Assembly (NCBI GenBank): GCA_021613535.1
Contig: CP075495.1
Location: 1,550,001 to 1,614,000 of the forward strand
Origin: Adineta vaga
Taxonomy: Eukaryota > Animalia > Rotifera
Direction of reading: 5' to 3'
DNA length: 64,000 nt
Shown piece by piece: positions 62,772 to 64,000 of this stretch (positions are counted from its first letter, which is position 1; each line of letters starts with the position of its first letter). Below the pieces are notes generated by a model. That model searched no databases. It saw only the letters and a program-made list of their open reading frames with translations, and had not been told where the DNA came from. The position numbers and the translations under genes were made by a program.

Positions 62772-64000
62772 ATGAAATTTTTTATAACTTTCATTCTTCT
62801 TTGTATTGTCCATGAAGTTTTTGGAGAAGAAATTACCGGAAGAATCTATGATGGATTCGATGCGCTTGAAGATGCTAATCCTTGGATGGTGGTAATACGT
62901 TATCATGATACGGTACGACCAAATCATACATTGAATCTCTGTGGTGGTTCAATTATTTCCGAGATTTTTGTACTCACAGCTGCAAATTGTTTTTATAATG
63001 CTCATCAATTTCCTCATCTGTTTTCTATCAGAGCTGGTGTATATAATCTTGATAGTAACGATACCGAAAGAGAACAAATCCGATCAATACCTCAAATTAT
63101 CGTACATCCACAATATCAATTTAGTAACTATCTCAATGATCTTGCACTTGTACGTGTGGAACCACCGTTTAATTTGAAAGCAATCAATGTAAATGCAATT
63201 CGTCTATCAAATTTAACATCAGTCGAAGAAATTGAATTGCGAGCAACTGGTTGGGGTGTTTTAAGTCAAAATAATTCAACAATAGCAGCATCAGTTCTAC
63301 AGGAAATCATTGTGCAAGAGAATGTTCAATGTACGAAAACGAAAGCAATTAATGCAACAACACAACTGTGCGCACCAGGTAAAAGATGTTTATTCAAAGA
63401 ACTAAAACATAATTTCTTCTGTTCTTTTCTTTCTAGGAACATGTGTCCGTACGTGAGTCGTTCCTTTTATTTCAAATGATGTCCATTGCTTTTTTTCCGA
63501 AAGATAAAGTTTAATTTTAGGAGATAGTGGTGGTCCATTGATGGCCTTTTGCAATAGTACTGAAGAATTGAACTAGTTGGTGTTACTGGTTATCGTAATG
63601 CATGTACGGTGGAAGGTCTATTCACTCGAATAGCACCATATCGTAATTGGATCTTAGCAATTTTAAAAGATCCACCACCACCAATAACAACAACTATTCT
63701 AACTACGACAACAACTGGTATTGAATAAATCATATAGAGTTTTTGTCTCTTAACTACTATAATTATATTTAAGGTCGACCAATTCAATTTGATTGTGATG
63801 TGGAACATTCATGTGGTTGTTCATCTGTACCAGTAATATTTCATGATGAACCTTCTTCTTTGATTCATCATCGTCATCAAGGACGTATTGTTGGTGGAGA
63901 AACAGCACAACCATATAGTTGGCCATGGATAGTTTCAATTCAATTTCTTGGACATCGTTGTGGTGGATCTCTCATTAATAGTGAATGGGTATTAACTGCT
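62772..64000 (+). CDS. Multi-domain trypsin-like serine protease: first domain probably inactive, second domain truncated by the window end
   Basis: Signal peptide; RIYDG...CGGSII...LTAANC...NDLAL...GWG...DSGGP; Thr-rich linker; CGC...[15 protein letters not shown]...[14 protein letters not shown]. Confidence 0.9.

Noticed and set aside
1-64000. Prokaryotic systems (CRISPR arrays, operons, defence islands) or bacterial contamination
   Set aside because: No repeat-spacer arrays were seen. The bacterial-like genes carry spliceosomal introns or host composition and are interleaved with metazoan genes.

Overview
Very AT-rich, gene-dense eukaryotic (animal) DNA with many short GT-AG introns of about 50-65 nt. 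The mix of metazoan genes and apparently non-metazoan genes points to a bdelloid rotifer; this is an inference from gene content. About 26 protein-coding genes can be supported. Metazoan-type genes: an ABCG transporter 3' end, a nAChR alpha subunit, catalase, a C6orf118-like/CEP57 head-to-head pair, an Ig-superfamily adhesion protein, GRK2, an NR1J nuclear receptor, two convergent Lhx6/8 (Arrowhead) paralogs, a NEURL4-like ART-domain protein, Rab32/38, a REXO-type exonuclease, an orphan GPCR and a tandem trypsin-like protease. Candidate horizontally acquired metabolic genes: a flavin reductase, two sterol desaturase/fatty-acid hydroxylase genes and an NCS2-like permease. Most notable observations: (1) an ADA2/ADGF deaminase fused to an IPT/TIG domain with an apparently frameshifted membrane/GPI tail, about 3 kb from a nucleobase permease; (2) a catalase whose distal catalytic Asn is replaced by Ser; (3) a stand-alone pseudo-receiver (CheY-like) domain gene; (4) a convergent Lhx6/8 pair bracketed by CTCF/YY1-like TAGATGGCG motifs; (5) a His-Gly-tailed hydrophilic repeat protein. 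No rRNA, tRNA, CRISPR array or intact transposon was recognised. Exon boundaries were read by eye and no searches were run.
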